From: Spirogloea muscicola | Taxonomy: Eukaryota | Length of the DNA: 34,465 nt | Assembly: GCA_009602725.1 (NCBI GenBank) | Contig: WELB01000018.1 | Location: 65,686-100,150, forward strand | Direction of reading: 5' to 3' | In this document: piece after piece, positions 32,101 through 34,465 of the stretch | How positions within the stretch are numbered: the first letter of the stretch is position 1 | Layout: each line of letters starts with the position of its first letter | Made by a program: the position numbers and the translations under genes | Notes under the pieces: model-generated | The model's database searches: none | Told to the model about the DNA's origin: nothing | Seen by the model: the letters and a program-made list of their open reading frames with translations, nothing else

Positions 32101-34465
32101 GTACGTGCATAGATGAACCTTCAGAGGTACGTTGGTGTCCTTGTGACAGACTTACCTTGTGCGTATCTTTCTGCTAAAGGAATGGCTGTGTTGTATGTTG
32201 ATAGGACGAGCTGCAAGCGTGAAAGCAAGGCAGTGCCACTTTGAGGGCAGTGTGTCTGCAGCACTGGTACCGCCAGCTCTGCTGATGACAACATGCAGCT
32301 TGAGGCGCAAGCCCCAACAATCATATCGCACCTGACAGTACCTGTATGTACCGCAGGCTGCCCAAGCCAGTCTCCTCACTGTATGGTTGGATTCTTAGAT
32401 CTGTGATTGCTGTAAGTGACAAGAGAGCAAAGAAGGCATTTAGCTTGTGCTGCAAGTGAGAAGTCCTGCATCCGCTTTGTGCTGCAACTATAACATGTCT
32501 GACGCCTATATATTTGTAGCATCTATCAGCCTGTGTAAAGTACTTAGAAATGTAGGATTGCAGTATGACAAAGCTAAATGGGGGAAAAACATGGGACTCT
32601 TAGGTGCAGTAATAAGTTAACTTCATGTTAAAAACTTTATCTTAGAACTCAAGACACAGTATAAATGCAAGGAGAACAATGTTCAAGAGGATGTCAAGTC
32701 GCTTACTGTCTCTTATGAGCTCCACAGCCGCATTTATACTTGGATGATGAGCTGTTACAAATGGAAAACAGAGGCAACCATGATGACTATGATTCAAAGG
32801 ATGAGTGTCGCTCAGAAAATGCAACATCTGTCCTATTTCTTCACTGCTAAATTCAGGTCATGTCGTCGTCCCTTTCATGTACCTACAAAAATGAGAACGT
32901 TGACACCTAAACTAACAGTTTTAAGAATGTCCATGTTTGTGACCACTGCCAGATTGTGGAGGACTAGAGGACAGAGCTATCTCCACAAAGTGTGAAGTCC
33001 TGCAGACCTCGGCAGCCAGGGATGTCAACCGCAACATGGCTGTCCTCCTCAAAGAGACCAATTTCTGGACTCTCTGCCGTTCCGCGCACCGCTAGCTTGG
33101 CTCGGCATCTCCAGCCCCACTGCCAATGGTGGCCAGAGTACAATCAGGCACAGAAAGGCAAGTGAGCAGCACCTTCATCAGCACATGCAATAGAAACCTC
33201 AGCTTGTATTGTTTCCCGAGCCTGGCACGACCGCCCCAGGCAGAAAAGGATTGCTGGGAAGAAAGCATGGACCCTGCTAACTGGACAGAGATACAATGGC
33301 CCTGGTATCTCAGTGCATTTACCTCCCCCCCTCCACCCTCCCCTTCCCCCCACCCCAAACCCCTCAAAGAACATTCTACCATGAACTCAAGACATTCTTG
33401 CTGCAACCTTTTGCCGCAGCTTCAAGTGCAAGTGGGTTGAAAATGCTTGACGAAGCACTGGAGATTGCAATGCAGGCATACCACATCCCCTGTGTTCAGC
33501 TTGAAGTCGCTCACACCGTGCTGCTGGAAGAAGGCCCGCGCTTCGGCAAGGATGGGCGGTTGATCAAGGCGCCGCTCAAGCGAGCACCCGGAGCACCTGG
33601 CACGTGCAGTAGGAGCCTGAGGACATTGACGAATGCGGACATTGGTGGACCTTGTCCTCCTCTCATTTGTGCATACCAAGTGAGGCGCACATTGATAGAC
33701 TCCAAGGAGGGTCCTCAGTAGCACCCATTCAGCTCGAAAGGGAGGAGTGCCTGCTGGCTGGAGAACAAGTACATGCAGGGAGTGCCAATTTAAACCCTAC
33801 TAAACCTTGCCTGGAGCAACCCTCGAAACTGAAGCCCCAAAAGTCAAAGCGCTTACGCACTGGAGCGCTGACTCCTGGCCTGGTAGCAGGGAGTTGTCAA
33901 TGCGAGCTCAGCGGGGTGGGGAACAGGGCATACCTGCCAAAGTGCTGGCAATCGAGATGACTGTCTGACAGGTACGCATGGCTAGGACTGCGCTCCTCGG
34001 CAGCCTCCTCTGCCAGAGCCCAACTGTCGTCCTCGTCGTTGTTGCCATTGGGCGCCCTTGGAAGCGGCGCATGAGCTCCACCGTGTCGATTGAGCAGTCT
34101 GCCCGCGCTGCTGACCCCATCGAGCAGCGACTGGGGCTGCAGGGTGCGCTGCTGGAGGACGGCCGTGTCCAACGACGCCTCATTGTCATGCCGGCTCCGC
34201 CACGAGTCACTGACGCCCTGAGCCCGTCTCCGGCCATCGTAGCTGCGCAAGGGCGCCTTGTCGGTGCTGCCAGCGGCTCGAGCTCCGCTGGCTGGACTCT
34301 GGCCGCGGCTTGACGTCGAGCCGAGGACAGCCGCGCCGCGAGGACCCCCGCCTGCAGCCGGCGCCTCTCGGGCCTCCGCGCTGGGGCCCACCCAGAGCCC
34401 GTCCCGGTCGTACTGGCGGACGTCGCTGCCGCCGCGGCGGCCGCCGGCATGGCCGGGCTCAGCCG
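29142..34465 (-). CDS. RlmD/TrmA-family RNA (uracil-5)-methyltransferase, plant organellar type; start lies beyond the window end
   Basis: Exons >34465-33934, 33596-33482, 33119-33008, 32751-32707, 32409-32342, 32210-32156, 31829-31750, 31449-31366, 31257-31144, 30937-30819, 30680-30563, 30393-30245, 29907-29772, 29487-29408, 29304-29142. Motifs include CQHFGRCSGC (Fe-S), GWRCRAKLAVRG, SFGQAN, ELYAGVGAIGL, VVVDPPRKGLD, LIYVSCG (catalytic Cys) and FFPGTDSMEILAVF. Confidence 0.92.

Noticed and set aside
1..34465. Bacterial origin or contamination suggested by tlyA, NlpC/P60, TxlA-like and RlmD-like genes
   Set aside because: All carry multiple spliceosomal introns and are interleaved with eukaryote-specific UBL5 and a eukaryotic-type NAT10.

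Overview
This is a gene-dense, intron-rich, GC-rich eukaryotic nuclear region. Plant-type orthologues plus a plastid-peptidoglycan-type enzyme suggest a streptophyte green alga or early-diverging plant (inference). I reconstructed eight host genes by hand from GT-AG exon chains: a TlyA-like S4+FtsJ rRNA 2'-O-methyltransferase (+), a PfkB pseudouridine kinase with an N-terminal PTS2 (+), intronless UBL5/Hub1 (-) head-to-head with a 25-exon NAT10 (+), a secreted Ole e 1 + root-cap/VWD-like GDPH protein with a 1-nt frameshift (+), a cyanobacterial-type SH3b-NlpC/P60 peptidoglycan endopeptidase (-) head-to-head across a 471-N gap with HCF164 (+), and an RlmD/TrmA-type m5U methyltransferase (-, 5' end outside the window). 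Two accessory islands (1-2430 and about 19200-22420) hold 5'-truncated, RT-less relics of a CRE-like RLE non-LTR retrotransposon and a decayed intronless RecQ-like helicase. The relics share a small GGCTG...CAGCC 3' hairpin, seen 8-9 times. The most interesting candidates are the plastid NlpC/P60, the spliced region downstream of UBL5, the retrotransposon hairpin and structured head, and the concentration of RNA-modification genes. All exon coordinates and family assignments come from manual reading and recalled family motifs, not from database searches.
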